Source: Coriobacteriales bacterium
Lineage (GTDB): Bacteria > Actinomycetota > Coriobacteriia > Coriobacteriales > CADBOM01
Assembly: GCA_050946255.1 (NCBI GenBank)
Contig: JBMNUL010000001.1
Span: forward strand, 1 to 53,700
Direction of reading: 5' to 3'
Length of the DNA stretch: 53,700 nt
In this document: positions 36,616-46,429 of the stretch, in pieces
Layout: the number at the start of each line of letters is the position of its first letter
Numbering within the stretch: the first letter of the stretch is position 1
Made by a program: the position numbers and the translations under genes
The notes under the pieces: generated by a model
The model's input: the letters and a program-made list of their open reading frames with translations, nothing else
Told to the model about the DNA's origin: nothing
Database searches by the model: none

Positions 36616-36943
36616 TCTTTTTTCTGATTTGAAAAGCGTTTTCCCCGGTAGATTGAAAGTTTAGACGAGGCAAATCCACAATATCTTCACAAAGCTTGGG
36701 CACCAAAAGCCACCGAAAAGCCACTAAACAGACGTTCGCTTCTAGAGTCACCCACACGGGCGGCTTTTTTGTTTTATTAGCCCCAGGTTTCCGCTTGTCG
36801 TCGATTCAATACTACTTATTGGAAGATCATGCGAAAGAGTGTGGTTGTCTGCGGGATGATTTCTGCTCGGTCTGAATGTGTGCAAGGCATCCTGTCCGTG
36901 GAAACCGCATGCAATTCATTGCCATCAATTCCAAGGGAAACAA

Positions 36944-36972
36944 AAACGGTCGGGGTAATGCCCCGACCGTTT
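36944..36972 (-). terminator. Intrinsic terminator after tRNA-Cys
   Basis: 12-bp stem AAACGGTCGGGG/CCCCGACCGTTT. The minus strand continues TTTTTGTTTCCC. Confidence 0.8.
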
Positions 36973-36981
36973 GCTATTAGA

Positions 36982-37055
36982 TGGAGGCGACGACCGGATT
37001 CGAACCGGTGGTGAAGGCTTTGCAGGCCTCTGCCTTACCACTTGGCCACGTCGCC
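36982..37055 (-). tRNA. tRNA-Cys (anticodon GCA), CCA encoded
   Basis: Minus strand reads GGCGACG...CTGCAAA loop...GGTTCGAATCC...CGTCGCCTCCA. Confidence 0.93.
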
Positions 37056-37142
37056 ATTCCGTGAATGAAGATTCTACCAGATATTGAGAGATTTGCATGG
37101 GCAAGTTGCCCATCGGTGCAAGATTGTCCCTCTTTAACCGGG

Positions 37143-37177
37143 TAAAAATGAATCGGCCGGCTACAAGAGCCGGCCGA
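37143..37177 (-). terminator. Intrinsic terminator after tRNA-Gly
   Basis: 10-bp stem TCGGCCGGCT/AGCCGGCCGA. The minus strand is followed by TTCATTTTTAC. Confidence 0.8.
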
Positions 37178-37188
37178 CTTGGATCCTC

Positions 37189-37264
37189 TGGAGCGGACAA
37201 CGGGATTCGAACCCGCGACCCTCACCTTGGCAAGGTGATGCTCTACCAACTGAGCCATGTCCGC
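37189..37264 (-). tRNA. tRNA-Gly (anticodon GCC), CCA encoded
   Basis: Minus strand reads GCGGACATGGCTCAGTTGGTAGAGC...TTGCCAA loop...GGTTCGAATCC. A TTGCAC-16-TAGAAT promoter lies upstream. Confidence 0.93.
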
Positions 37265-37482
37265 GCAAGAATGTATTCTATCAAGCATTTTAAGAAGTGC
37301 AAGCAGAAAACCGCTTTGTGGGCAAAATCGGCCCAATTCAGATACCGTATTGGCAGAAAAATTGCTTTGCAGCAACTCTTCTCCCGCCGCTTAGGGCTCT
37401 TTGTGATTTTGGTTTTTGACATGGGGGTCGAGTCTGCTAAACTATCGTCTGCACGCCAACGAGCTTAGCTCGAGTGCATAAT

Positions 37483-37557
37483 GGGCGTTTAGCTCAGGGG
37501 GAGAGCGCTTCCCTGACACGGAAGAGGTCACAAGTTCAAATCTTGTAACGCCCACCA
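37483..37557 (+). tRNA. tRNA-Val (anticodon GAC), CCA encoded
   Basis: GGGCGTTTAGCTCAGGGGGAGAGC...CTGACAC loop...AGTTCAAATCT. A TTGACA-16-TAAACT promoter lies upstream. Confidence 0.93.
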
Positions 37558-37568
37558 TCGAAATCCAA

Positions 37569-37593
37569 GGCCGGGAACTCCCGGCCTTTGTCA
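37569..37593 (+). terminator. Intrinsic terminator after tRNA-Val
   Basis: GGCCGGG-AACT-CCCGGCC followed by TTTGTCAT. Confidence 0.75.
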
Positions 37594-37822
37594 TATCTGG
37601 GTTAACCTTCTTTCCTGCTTAATTCAAGCTGCGCCTTACTAGACACGAGTTTTCGGCTCTCCTGCTTGCTCGCTTTCTGGTTTGGGGTTTATCGGGTGTC
37701 ACGGATGCAGCGCATCGATTGCATCTGGCGCAGCATTGGTTCCCACCCGCTACGCCATACGTGTATATTGGGAAATTGGAAGTTCGTCAAAGGGTACGGT
37801 TGCGAAAACAGGGGTGTGCCAA

Positions 37823-38299
37823 TTGGAAGAGAAGACCAACGTGATGAGACTGCTCGATGCGGCAAAGGTCGATTACAAATGGTACACAGCGGACGTTGAC
37901 CAGTTCACCAGCGGCAAAGACCTCGCCGAGAAGATGGGGCAGGACAAGGACCGCGTTTTCAAGACCCTCGTCACAATAGGCAAGTCGGGAGACCATTTCG
38001 TGTTCATGGTCCCGGTTGCGGAGACTCTCGATCTGAAAAAGGCCGCAAAAGCGGTGGGCGAGAAGTCGATTGCCATGATAAAGACAAAGGACCTTCTGCC
38101 CCTCACGGGATATGTGCATGGTGGCTGCTCGCCGATAGGCATGAAGAAGCAATTCCGAACTGTGATCGACGAGACGATGATCCTCTTCGACACGATCTTC
38201 TTCTCAGCCGGAAGGATTGGGGCTCAGGTTGAGGTCAATCCCGAAGACCTATCGAAAGTCCTCGACTACGAGACGGCAGACATCGTGGTCGACCATTAG
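37823..38299 (+). CDS. ybaK: Cys-tRNA(Pro)/Cys-tRNA(Cys) deacylase YbaK
   Basis: KTNVMRLLD N-terminus and GGCSPIGMKK motif. TTG at 37823 with an AGGGG RBS (alternative ATG at 37844). The ORF-track start at 37682 is too long. Confidence 0.85.
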   Translation: MEEKTNVMRLLDAAKVDYKWYTADVDQFTSGKDLAEKMGQDKDRVFKTLVTIGKSGDHFVFMVPVAETLDLKKAAKAVGEKSIAMIKTKDLLPLTGYVHGGCSPIGMKKQFRTVIDETMILFDTIFFSAGRIGAQVEVNPEDLSKVLDYETADIVVDH

Positions 38300-38312
38300 A
38301 CTCGCAGCTCCC

Positions 38313-39266
38313 TTATCTGGAGGCGTACACCCTTCCCACGCCATCTGGATCGGTGTGGATTTCAACTCCGGGCACGTCCTCTAGGAAGTTGGACAGCTTG
38401 GAATATCCGTTGTCCTTGAAACTGAAGTTCGGGAACTCCTTCTTGATCTCCTGACCCAGAAATGCGAGGCCGATGCCGTCATCTCCAGTCTTGTCGACTT
38501 CTTCTCTGATGAAATCGAGGACATCGTGCGAAGACGTGTCGGCTTTCTTCAAGCTGATTTCAATAGGTGCATCCTGGGGATAGAGCTCGAAGGCGTCGAA
38601 ACTCTTGAGGAACATCGAGAGCTTCGTATATCCGAAAGCCCTCACGTCGAATTCCGGATATCGGCTCACCAGCCTGTTGCCTAGGTCTGCGAGGTTTGTC
38701 TTCATGCCCCGGCTCTCGTTGTCTCGAAGTATTTCCTCTATTGTCTCCCTCACTGCGTCTAGGGATAGAGTCTGCGAATTTTCATCTTGACGATCTTGCT
38801 GGCCATGCTGGTTGAACTCCTCATCTGAGTCGAGCAGGTTCTCGAGCATGATGAACTGCGTGCAGGCGTTTCTGAAAGCGGTCGGGGTCTTCTGCTCGCC
38901 CATCCCGATCACGGTTTTGCCGGCTTCGCCGAGGCGCTGTGCAAGGCTCGTGAAATCGCTGTCGCTCGAGACTATGCAGAAACCGTCGACGTAGCCTGTG
39001 TAGAGGATGTCCATCGCGTCGATGATCAGAGTGGAGTCGGTTGCGTTCTTTCCAACGGTGTTTCGGAATTGCTGCACGGGCTTGAGCGAGTAAGTCAGCA
39101 GCACCTGCTTCCACGAGCTGTTCTGCTGGCTCGTCCAGTCTCCATAGATTCTCTTGTATGAGAAATCTCCGTATTTTGTGGTGATCTCGTTGATGATCGG
39201 GTCTATGTATTTTGCGGAAATGTTGTCCGAGTCGATTAGCAAGGCGAAACGCTTGCGGCTGTCCAT
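38313..39266 (-). CDS. NYN (LabA-like) nuclease-domain protein with two C-terminal OST-HTH/LOTUS domains
   Basis: FALLIDSDN...ATDSTLIIDAMD...IVSSDSDFTSLAQRL NYN core, then two LOTUS-like repeats (LADLGNRLVSRYPEFDVRAFGYTKLSMFL; LAFLGQEIKKEFPNFSFKDNGYSKLSNFL). Confidence 0.8.
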   Translation of the reverse strand: MDSRKRFALLIDSDNISAKYIDPIINEITTKYGDFSYKRIYGDWTSQQNSSWKQVLLTYSLKPVQQFRNTVGKNATDSTLIIDAMDILYTGYVDGFCIVSSDSDFTSLAQRLGEAGKTVIGMGEQKTPTAFRNACTQFIMLENLLDSDEEFNQHGQQDRQDENSQTLSLDAVRETIEEILRDNESRGMKTNLADLGNRLVSRYPEFDVRAFGYTKLSMFLKSFDAFELYPQDAPIEISLKKADTSSHDVLDFIREEVDKTGDDGIGLAFLGQEIKKEFPNFSFKDNGYSKLSNFLEDVPGVEIHTDPDGVGRVYASR

Positions 39267-39473
39267 CTTTTCTCCTTTTGTATTGCGATTCGGCTTCGTT
39301 TGTTTTCTTGCCGAGGTTGTTCTCGAATGTTACTAGAGTGTAATTCTACATGTTGGAGGAGGGTGTGGGGTTCGTCACCGGGGCGAATAGGCTTCTCGGC
39401 GAATTGGGATGTCCGGCTGGCCACCGCATGCTGATCCGTTGACCGTCGACTGGCAGAGATGTTGCTGTCTCCT

Positions 39474-40424
39474 CTATTGTTTTCCGCCATCGAAGAGCCT
39501 CAACGTCTCGAGGCGCACGATCTCCTCGTCGTCGACCAGGGTCTTCAGCGCGCCGGGCAGAGAGCGGGCCACCAGAGGTGTATACGCATCGCCAAGTTCT
39601 CCGTCGTATTGAATTGGAAGAGGAGGGTTCGTCTCCACAGAAATCTCGGTTCCAGCGTATATCTCGAGGGCGTTGGACCTGGATGGGTACTGCCCCCTCT
39701 TGTCGAGCAGTGCCGCCAGAAGTGCTGGTGCCAATGCGAGCTTGCGCTCTGGTTTGATCACAACGACTTCGAGCAGCCCATCTTGAGCGTCGTTCACGTG
39801 GGTGACGGAGATGTCGGGGGAAATCTTCGCGAAATTCACCAGCATAACGGCAATGCCGCTGGTGGTTATCGTGCGGCCATCGATGTTCAGCGTGATCTTG
39901 GCCTTCTTGGGCTTGTCTCCAAACAGGGCGGAGAAGTAATAAGCGCTCTGTCCCATCATCTGCTTGAGGCCGCTCGCACCATTCATGATCATCGCGTCGT
40001 AACCCGCGCCGGCAATTATCGAGAACCCGCACTTCCTATGCTCGCCTTCCTTGTTAACGAACTCGATTTCGGCGAGGTCGTAGTGCTGCACGTTCTCCTT
40101 GTGGATCATTTCGGCTATAGCGCGGGGCTCTTCGGGGCTTGACAGGTTCATCGCGAGCAGGTTCCCGGTCCCAGCAGGATAGGGCACAACCGGAACCTCC
40201 CGGTACCTCAGCTCGTAGCAGACGGCGGAGACGGTGCCATCTCCACCCGATGCGATGACCAGGTCGAAGTCCTCAGCGTCCTTGAGCATTTTGCTGAGCG
40301 GCAAGCCGATCTTCGTGTTGCGAATGACCACTTCGTCACCATCTTCGCAGAATATGCGGAGGAAGTCGTAGATGGCATTGTCGCCGTGCCCCGAGCTTTT
40401 GTTATTGATGACCAATAGTCTCAT
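39474..40424 (-). CDS. Diacylglycerol kinase-family lipid kinase (YegS/BmrU-like)
   Basis: LLVINNKSSGHG N-terminus and SGGDGTV motif. Confidence 0.85.
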   Translation of the reverse strand: MRLLVINNKSSGHGDNAIYDFLRIFCEDGDEVVIRNTKIGLPLSKMLKDAEDFDLVIASGGDGTVSAVCYELRYREVPVVPYPAGTGNLLAMNLSSPEEPRAIAEMIHKENVQHYDLAEIEFVNKEGEHRKCGFSIIAGAGYDAMIMNGASGLKQMMGQSAYYFSALFGDKPKKAKITLNIDGRTITTSGIAVMLVNFAKISPDISVTHVNDAQDGLLEVVVIKPERKLALAPALLAALLDKRGQYPSRSNALEIYAGTEISVETNPPLPIQYDGELGDAYTPLVARSLPGALKTLVDDEEIVRLETLRLFDGGKQ

Positions 40425-40485
40425 GGCATCGCCCCTCTGTTTCTGTAAGATGGTAACACTACCATATTATCGGAGATGTTGATAA

Positions 40486-41634
40486 GTGCAGATTTGTAAA
40501 CAGCAGGATCTGATTTCCGTCATAGAGAAAATAAAGGGGAGTCGAGCACTCGCAATTGACACCGAGTTCATGCGTGAGAAGACGTATCATCCCCTTCTCT
40601 GCTTGGTGCAGATGGCAACTGATGACATCGAGTTTCTAATCGACCCGCTGAAGGTCGACAACCTTGAACCTTTGGCTGATGTTCTTTCCGATCCGGCCAC
40701 CACAAAGATTTTCCATGCCGGCAGGCAAGATCTCGAGCTTCTCTTCAGGAGCACTGGAGTCGTGCCGGCGCCGCTGTTCGATACTCAGGTAGCCGCTCCC
40801 TTGCTTGGTCTTCCGCAGCAGGTTGGATATGGAACGGCGGTAGAGGAATTCTGTGGGGTCAAGCTGAAGAAGGCAGACTCTCTCACGGACTGGACCCTGA
40901 GGCCTCTCACGGATAGTCAGGTGCAGTATTCGCTTGAGGATGTGCGCTATCTTATCCCAATGTACGATGCGATGGTAGAGAGGCTTAAAGATTGTGGTCG
41001 TCTGCACTGGCTCGATTCTGAGTTCGAGCACATGCAGGACCCGGAAACCTACATCATTCACGAAGAGGATCTCTGGCGCAAGGTCAAGAAGACGAGCGCG
41101 CTCACACGCAGACAGCTCAAGCATGTGTCCGATATCGCAATATGGAGAGAGCACATCGCGCAGAAAAGGGATATCCCCAGACGTTGGGTCATTCCCGATG
41201 AGCTCGTCGTCGAGATCAGCCGCAGGGAACCTGCAAATGTGGACGAGCTGTATAGAATACGTGGAGCTCGTGAGAAGCTCACCAACTCCATGGCAAGGAC
41301 CCTCGTCGGTCTTATAAAATCTGGAAAGGAAAGCAACCCAGACAGCTGGCCTGAGCGAGACAAGAGAAGGCACCAGGTCTCGGGATCTGATGCAGTTGCC
41401 GACGTGCTCATGGGAATCGTGAGGCTGAGGGCCAAGGAGTCCAACATCGCCCCCCAGGTTCTGGCAACCCACGGCGAGCTCATGCAGCTTGCAGCTGGAA
41501 AGAGAAACGATGTCGACGTTCTAAACGGATGGCGCTACCAGATAGTCGGGCACGAGCTGGTGGATTTTCTCGATGGCAAGGAGAGCGTGAGGGTCAGCTC
41601 TGGTAATCTTCAAGTAGGCCCTATGGGTGAATAG
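40486..41634 (+). CDS. rnd: Ribonuclease D (DEDDy exonuclease plus HRDC)
   Basis: AIDTEF, HAGRQDLELL and YSLEDVRYL motifs, plus an HRDC-like segment. GTG start. Confidence 0.85.
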   Translation: MQICKQQDLISVIEKIKGSRALAIDTEFMREKTYHPLLCLVQMATDDIEFLIDPLKVDNLEPLADVLSDPATTKIFHAGRQDLELLFRSTGVVPAPLFDTQVAAPLLGLPQQVGYGTAVEEFCGVKLKKADSLTDWTLRPLTDSQVQYSLEDVRYLIPMYDAMVERLKDCGRLHWLDSEFEHMQDPETYIIHEEDLWRKVKKTSALTRRQLKHVSDIAIWREHIAQKRDIPRRWVIPDELVVEISRREPANVDELYRIRGAREKLTNSMARTLVGLIKSGKESNPDSWPERDKRRHQVSGSDAVADVLMGIVRLRAKESNIAPQVLATHGELMQLAAGKRNDVDVLNGWRYQIVGHELVDFLDGKESVRVSSGNLQVGPMGE

Positions 41635-41700
41635 CCCGGAGGGAAGGCAGAGCAAACGTACGTGCGGAAGGGCCGCACGTCTGAAGGGAAAGATCGTCAG

Positions 41701-42360
41701 ATGTATCTGATCATCATCTTGATTACTCTCATCTTGGGTTTGGGAGCGCAAGCCGGAATCAACAGCCAATACAAGAAATGGGGCAGCGTCGCGAGCGCTT
41801 CCGGCCTCACTGGATACGAGGCGGCGAGGAGGATGCTCAACGCAAACGGGTTGGAGGACATCACCATCGACCATATCAACGGCAGCCTCACCGACAACTA
41901 CGACCCCAGGTCGCGCACGCTGCACCTCTCGGACAGCTCTTATCAGTCCACCAGCGTGGCGGCAACCGCAATCGCCTGCCACGAGGCCGGTCATGCGGTC
42001 CAACATGCAAAGGGATATACCCCGCTCAAGGTCCGCAATGCGATTGTCCCCGTCGTCAACTTCGCCTCGAATGTCTGGCTGTTCGTGCTCATCGCGGGCA
42101 TCTTCTTGAACATGCTCAGCTTGGTCCAGTTCGCAGTTATCCTCTATGCATGCGTCGTGGTGTTCCAGCTGGTGACTCTCCCGGTTGAATTCGACGCCTC
42201 CAACAGGGCATTGGCCTCAATCGAGGCGATGTTCCCGTTGCCAGAGAGTCAAGACGAAGGTTGCAAGAAGGTCCTCCGCGCCGCCGCCATGACCTATGTG
42301 GCAGCTGCTCTGGGATCGTTGCTGCAGCTCCTCTACTTCATAGGGATCTCGCGCTCGTGA
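41701..42360 (+). CDS. Membrane zinc metallopeptidase (Zn_peptidase_2/YugP-like)
   Basis: N-terminal TM helix, HEAGHAVQH motif and C-terminal TM helices. ATG at 41701 follows GAAGGGAAAG. Confidence 0.8.
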   Translation: MYLIIILITLILGLGAQAGINSQYKKWGSVASASGLTGYEAARRMLNANGLEDITIDHINGSLTDNYDPRSRTLHLSDSSYQSTSVAATAIACHEAGHAVQHAKGYTPLKVRNAIVPVVNFASNVWLFVLIAGIFLNMLSLVQFAVILYACVVVFQLVTLPVEFDASNRALASIEAMFPLPESQDEGCKKVLRAAAMTYVAAALGSLLQLLYFIGISRS

Positions 42361-43859
42361 AGGCATATGGGAAAAACCATGGCGGGAGTCTGTTCGACGA
42401 GCTCGATGCAAACAATTCCGACGGGGCATCGCAGGGCAAGGGCGTTCTAAGCGTCTCCCAGGCTCTGGCGTTGGCCAAGGGAAAGCTCGAGTCGATCAGG
42501 ATCACCGTCGAGGGCGAGATATCAGAGTTCAACGACAAACCTGGCTACAAAGCCGCTTACTTCACCTTGGCGGACAAGACCGGCGCTCTGCCCTGCCAGA
42601 TGTGGCACAACGACTATGCGAGGTCCGGGATGACCCTGCGCCGTGGAATGATGGTGCAGGTCACCGGCAACTTCTCGCTGTATCCGGCAAAGGGCCGCAT
42701 GAACTTCGTGGTGCGCACCGTGAGCGTCGCCGGCGAGGGCAAGCTGAGGATGCAGGTTGCACAGCTGGCCAAGAAGCTCTCGGACGAGGGCCTCATGAAT
42801 CCAGACAGGAAGAAGCCTCTTCCCAGGTTTCCGTGGAAGGTCGCCGTCGTCACCTCGCCCCGGGGCAAGGCTGTGCACGATGTCCTTAGAACCCTCAGGA
42901 GAATCTCCCCTGCGGTGGAGGTATATGTTGCCGGGGTTCCAGTTGAGGGGGCAAACGCACCGCTGGCGATCTGCAACGGCCTCAAGGTGGCAGATGATTC
43001 CGATTGCGACGTGATCTTGCTTGTCAGGGGAGGAGGTTCCTACGAGGACCTCATGCCCTTCAACGACGAGAGGGTGGCGCGCCAAGTTGCGGCTTGCCGC
43101 AAACCGGTGGTCACGGGCATCGGCCATGAGCCGGACAACACAATAGCCGACATGGTCGCAGACGTGAGGAGGTCCACTCCCACATCTGCAGCGGAGATCT
43201 GCGTTCAGGAGATAGGGGTCCTTCCCGAAAGGCTCGCGAAGTACGGCGAGAAGATGCGCCGGGCTCTGTTGAACACGATCAGGTATGACCGTGGCGTCGT
43301 GAAGTCTCTGTCGTCGAGGCAGCTGTTCACGGACCCCAACTACCTGCTCTCGTCCTTCGCGACGCGCGTGGACATCGATTCGGAGAAGCTCTCCAGCGCG
43401 ATTCCGGATCAACTCGATAGGAGCAGGCGCTCTCTGCAGGACATCGAGCTGGCCCTGCGCAGGACGGCACCCGCAATCACGCCGAAGTTCAGACAGCAAG
43501 TCGAGTCCGATGAAAAAGCGCTCTGTCAGGGTCTCCGCTCCGTGATATCAGCTGGAAAGATGAAGGTCGGCACTTCGGAGACGCGGATGAGCAGCTTGGG
43601 TGGCCATTTGCTGGACCGGGGTAAGTCGAAGGTCGCGATAGCCGCGGCAAAGCTAGATGGCCTTTCGCCCCTCTCGGTTCTAGGGAGAGGCTACTCGATA
43701 GCATTTGACGATGGCGGGCATGTGATCTCCAGCGTGGGCAATGTGGAAGAGAGCAGCAAGCTCTCGGTAATGCTCAAGGACGGAAACATAAAGGCAACGG
43801 TCGATTCTGTTGAGAAGAAAGACCCAGATGGAGGAAAAGATGACAGGGCAAGTCGATGA
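42357..43859 (+). CDS. xseA: Exodeoxyribonuclease VII large subunit
   Basis: OB-fold N-terminus (VLSVSQALALAKGKLESI...VEGEISEF) and VARGGGS-like LVRGGGSYEDL. GTG at 42357 overlaps the upstream TGA. Start is uncertain. Confidence 0.85.
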   Translation: MKAYGKNHGGSLFDELDANNSDGASQGKGVLSVSQALALAKGKLESIRITVEGEISEFNDKPGYKAAYFTLADKTGALPCQMWHNDYARSGMTLRRGMMVQVTGNFSLYPAKGRMNFVVRTVSVAGEGKLRMQVAQLAKKLSDEGLMNPDRKKPLPRFPWKVAVVTSPRGKAVHDVLRTLRRISPAVEVYVAGVPVEGANAPLAICNGLKVADDSDCDVILLVRGGGSYEDLMPFNDERVARQVAACRKPVVTGIGHEPDNTIADMVADVRRSTPTSAAEICVQEIGVLPERLAKYGEKMRRALLNTIRYDRGVVKSLSSRQLFTDPNYLLSSFATRVDIDSEKLSSAIPDQLDRSRRSLQDIELALRRTAPAITPKFRQQVESDEKALCQGLRSVISAGKMKVGTSETRMSSLGGHLLDRGKSKVAIAAAKLDGLSPLSVLGRGYSIAFDDGGHVISSVGNVEESSKLSVMLKDGNIKATVDSVEKKDPDGGKDDRASR

Positions 43860-44127
43860 GTTCGCAAACGGCACTGAGGGTGAGGGCAAGGCCTCAGACG
43901 AGGGCAAGACTTTCAACGAGGGACTAGACGAACTCGAGAAGATCATCGCAGAGCTCGAGAGCGGGCAGTTGGAGCTCGAGGACAGCCTGAAGAAGTACGA
44001 GAGGGGAGTCCATCTCCTGTGCATGCTCCAGGGAAAGCTGTCGGTGGCGGAGCAGAAGGTCACCGTGCTCTTGGGCGAGCTCGAGCCCGAGCAGAGCGAT
44101 GAGGATACCGACTCCACCCTGAGCTAG
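43840..44127 (+). CDS. xseB: Exodeoxyribonuclease VII small subunit
   Basis: FNEGLDELEKIIAELESGQLELEDSLKKYERG. GGAGG lies 5 nt before the ATG at 43840 (alternatives 43828 and 43810). Confidence 0.85.
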   Translation: MTGQVDEFANGTEGEGKASDEGKTFNEGLDELEKIIAELESGQLELEDSLKKYERGVHLLCMLQGKLSVAEQKVTVLLGELEPEQSDEDTDSTLS

Positions 44128-44361
44128 TCACAAGCGGCCCTTTTCGCCTCTTTTGTGTTCCGTCAACCACGATTTCACCACAGTCAACTACGTTTTAAGC
44201 ACAATTTCGGGGTTTGGCGGCACTTGACCGCATTAATAAGGGCGAATTAGCATTTTGGGCATTAGAATTGCAATTACTCATATTCGGACGTGGCGCATTT
44301 TCATCGCGTTTCTACGCGTAAAGCCCTGTAAGGCTTCGAGTGCCAAGCGTTAGGAGGAAAG

Positions 44362-44703
44362 ATGGCAAAGGTAGACGACTGCATCTTCTGCAAGATTGCA
44401 AATGGGGAGATCCCCACCGATATGGTCATGGAGAACGACGAGGTAGCCGTCTTCAAGGACGCCAACCCCCAGATGCCGGTGCACGTGCTGATCGTGCCGA
44501 AGGATCACTACTCCGGTCTCAACGACGATGTCCCGGTGGACCTGCTGGGCCGACTGCTCAAGATGGTCCCGGAAGTTGCCGAGAAGACCGGGATTCACGA
44601 TTCGGGCTACAGGACCATCATCAACACTGGGGACGATGCCAACCAGACCGTGAAGCACCTTCACATCCATGTGGTTGGCGGCGAGAAGATCAAGGGGTTC
44701 TAG
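44362..44703 (+). CDS. HIT-family nucleotide hydrolase/transferase
   Basis: CIFCKI zinc-like N-terminus and histidine triad HLHIHVVGG. AGGAGG RBS. Confidence 0.9.
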   Translation: MAKVDDCIFCKIANGEIPTDMVMENDEVAVFKDANPQMPVHVLIVPKDHYSGLNDDVPVDLLGRLLKMVPEVAEKTGIHDSGYRTIINTGDDANQTVKHLHIHVVGGEKIKGF

Positions 44704-44849
44704 CTCGCTCTCCAGGTTTTGCCGGCATCGAATCTGCATTGGGATTCGTGTCGGTGCGTAAATTCAAGGTATCTTTTTTAGATTGATTATTCCCCGGATG
44801 GCGCGCAAGCGTCGTCCGGACTTTTGACAATAGAGGATTGGGGTGGACA

Positions 44850-46055
44850 ATGAAGACATTGGTGGTAAACGCTGGCAGCTCCTCGCTCAGGTACCAGCTG
44901 CTCGACGTTGAAACCCGCGAGGTCGAGCAATCTGGACGTTGCGAGAAGATCGGTGGAGATGGGTCGTTCATCAGCCTGATCGCCGGCGAGCAGTACAAGA
45001 AGCTCGTCCTTCCTATTCCCAATCACGAGAAGGCAGTCGAGCTGGTTCTCAAAGAGCTGCAAGACCACGAGGTCGGAGTAATCTCCAGCTTGAAGGAAAT
45101 CGACGCCGTGGGGCACAGGATCGTGCATGGCGGCAAATACTTCGACGGTCCCGCCCTTGTGGATGGCGAGGTCCTCAACAAGATCAGGGAGTGCGCCGAG
45201 ATCGCCCCTCTGCACAACATGGACGCCATCAAGGGCATCGAGGCATGCATGCACCAGATGCCCGGAATCCCCCAAGTGGTCTCCTTCGACACCGCATTCC
45301 ACATGACGATTCCCGCGGTCAACCACATGTATGCTCTGCCCTACAAGTATTACGAGAAGTACGGTCTGCGAAAGTACGGGTTCCACGGCATGTCCCACAA
45401 GTACGTCTCGAGGCGCGCCGCCGAGATGATGGGCGCCAATGTCGAGGACCTCAAGATCATCACCTGCCACATGGGCAACGGCGGAAGCGTCACGGCAGTG
45501 CGCTACGGTGAGTCTTACGACACCTCGATGGGCCTTACCCCTCTCGATGGAATCATCATGGGAACCCGTTGCGGGAGCATCGACCCTTCCGTTGTCACGT
45601 TCCTCATGGAGCACGAGAATCTCACACCTGCGGAGATGACCTCGATTCTCAACAAGGAGTCTGGACTGCTCGGGATTTCCGGGGTCAGCAACGACCTCCG
45701 AGACATCGACGTGGCTATTGGCTGGGGCAACGAAAGGGCAAAGCTCGCCTTCGAGATGTACGCTCAGTCGATTCGCCGGTACATCGGCCAATACCTCATC
45801 GAGATGGTTGGGGCAGATGCAGTTGTGATGACAGCTGGAATCGGAGAGAACAGCCCAGCGGTTCGCGCGAAGGTCTTCGATGGACTTGAGCCGTTGGGAT
45901 TCAAGATCGACCGGGACCGCAACGAGTTCGGAAAGCCCGACTGCCTCATCTCATCAGATGACTCTCTGGTTCCGATTTTCGCGATTCACACCAACGAGGA
46001 GTACCTCATCGCGCTCGATGCAAAGGAGATATGCGAGAAGTACGGTCTTGCCTAG
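44850..46055 (+). CDS. ackA: Acetate kinase
   Basis: MKTLVVNAGSSSLRYQL, GHRIVHGG and TCHMGNGGS motifs. Confidence 0.95.
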   Translation: MKTLVVNAGSSSLRYQLLDVETREVEQSGRCEKIGGDGSFISLIAGEQYKKLVLPIPNHEKAVELVLKELQDHEVGVISSLKEIDAVGHRIVHGGKYFDGPALVDGEVLNKIRECAEIAPLHNMDAIKGIEACMHQMPGIPQVVSFDTAFHMTIPAVNHMYALPYKYYEKYGLRKYGFHGMSHKYVSRRAAEMMGANVEDLKIITCHMGNGGSVTAVRYGESYDTSMGLTPLDGIIMGTRCGSIDPSVVTFLMEHENLTPAEMTSILNKESGLLGISGVSNDLRDIDVAIGWGNERAKLAFEMYAQSIRRYIGQYLIEMVGADAVVMTAGIGENSPAVRAKVFDGLEPLGFKIDRDRNEFGKPDCLISSDDSLVPIFAIHTNEEYLIALDAKEICEKYGLA

Positions 46056-46190
46056 GCTTCGCTGGTCCAGCATTGTCTGGCCTGGCCTTCGCTTGTTTTT
46101 ACGAGAAGTATTGTCTTGCCTAGGCTTTGCAGGGTTTGGTAGCACGGCCTGGCCCAGTTCCCATTGGCCTAGGTCGTGCTGGTCATGGCA
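46034..46190. repeat. About 68-bp degenerate tandem repeat (2-3 copies) starting inside the ackA 3' end and including its TAG
   Basis: CGAGAAGTACGGTCTTGCCTAGGCTTC at 46034 versus CGAGAAGTATTGTCTTGCCTAGGCTTT at 46102. A third GCCTAGG-TCGTGCTGG remnant lies near 46167. Confidence 0.75.
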
Positions 46191-46429
46191 GCGGCATCGT
46201 ATAGATCGATCTGCCCTGGTGAGGAAACGGCTTTGCCCAGCTCGCGCTTTTTCGGTGGGAAAGCCGCGCTATGCCCATTGGCACAGCAGTGATACTCTCG
46301 CCGGTACAATCGTGCTGCGCCCACCGGCACAAACTTTAAATCGGACATTCCAAGCTCTATAATGTGAACAAACGCGAAACGACAATTTGCCTTCAATAAA
46401 CACAGCATACAAACACGGCAATCGGGGGT

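Noticed and set aside
46169-46408. 79-aa minus-strand ORF in the ackA-ftsK spacer.
   Set aside because: It has no RBS, runs through the repeat array and the putative ftsK promoter (TTTAAA-17-TATAAT), and its composition is atypical for coding sequence.
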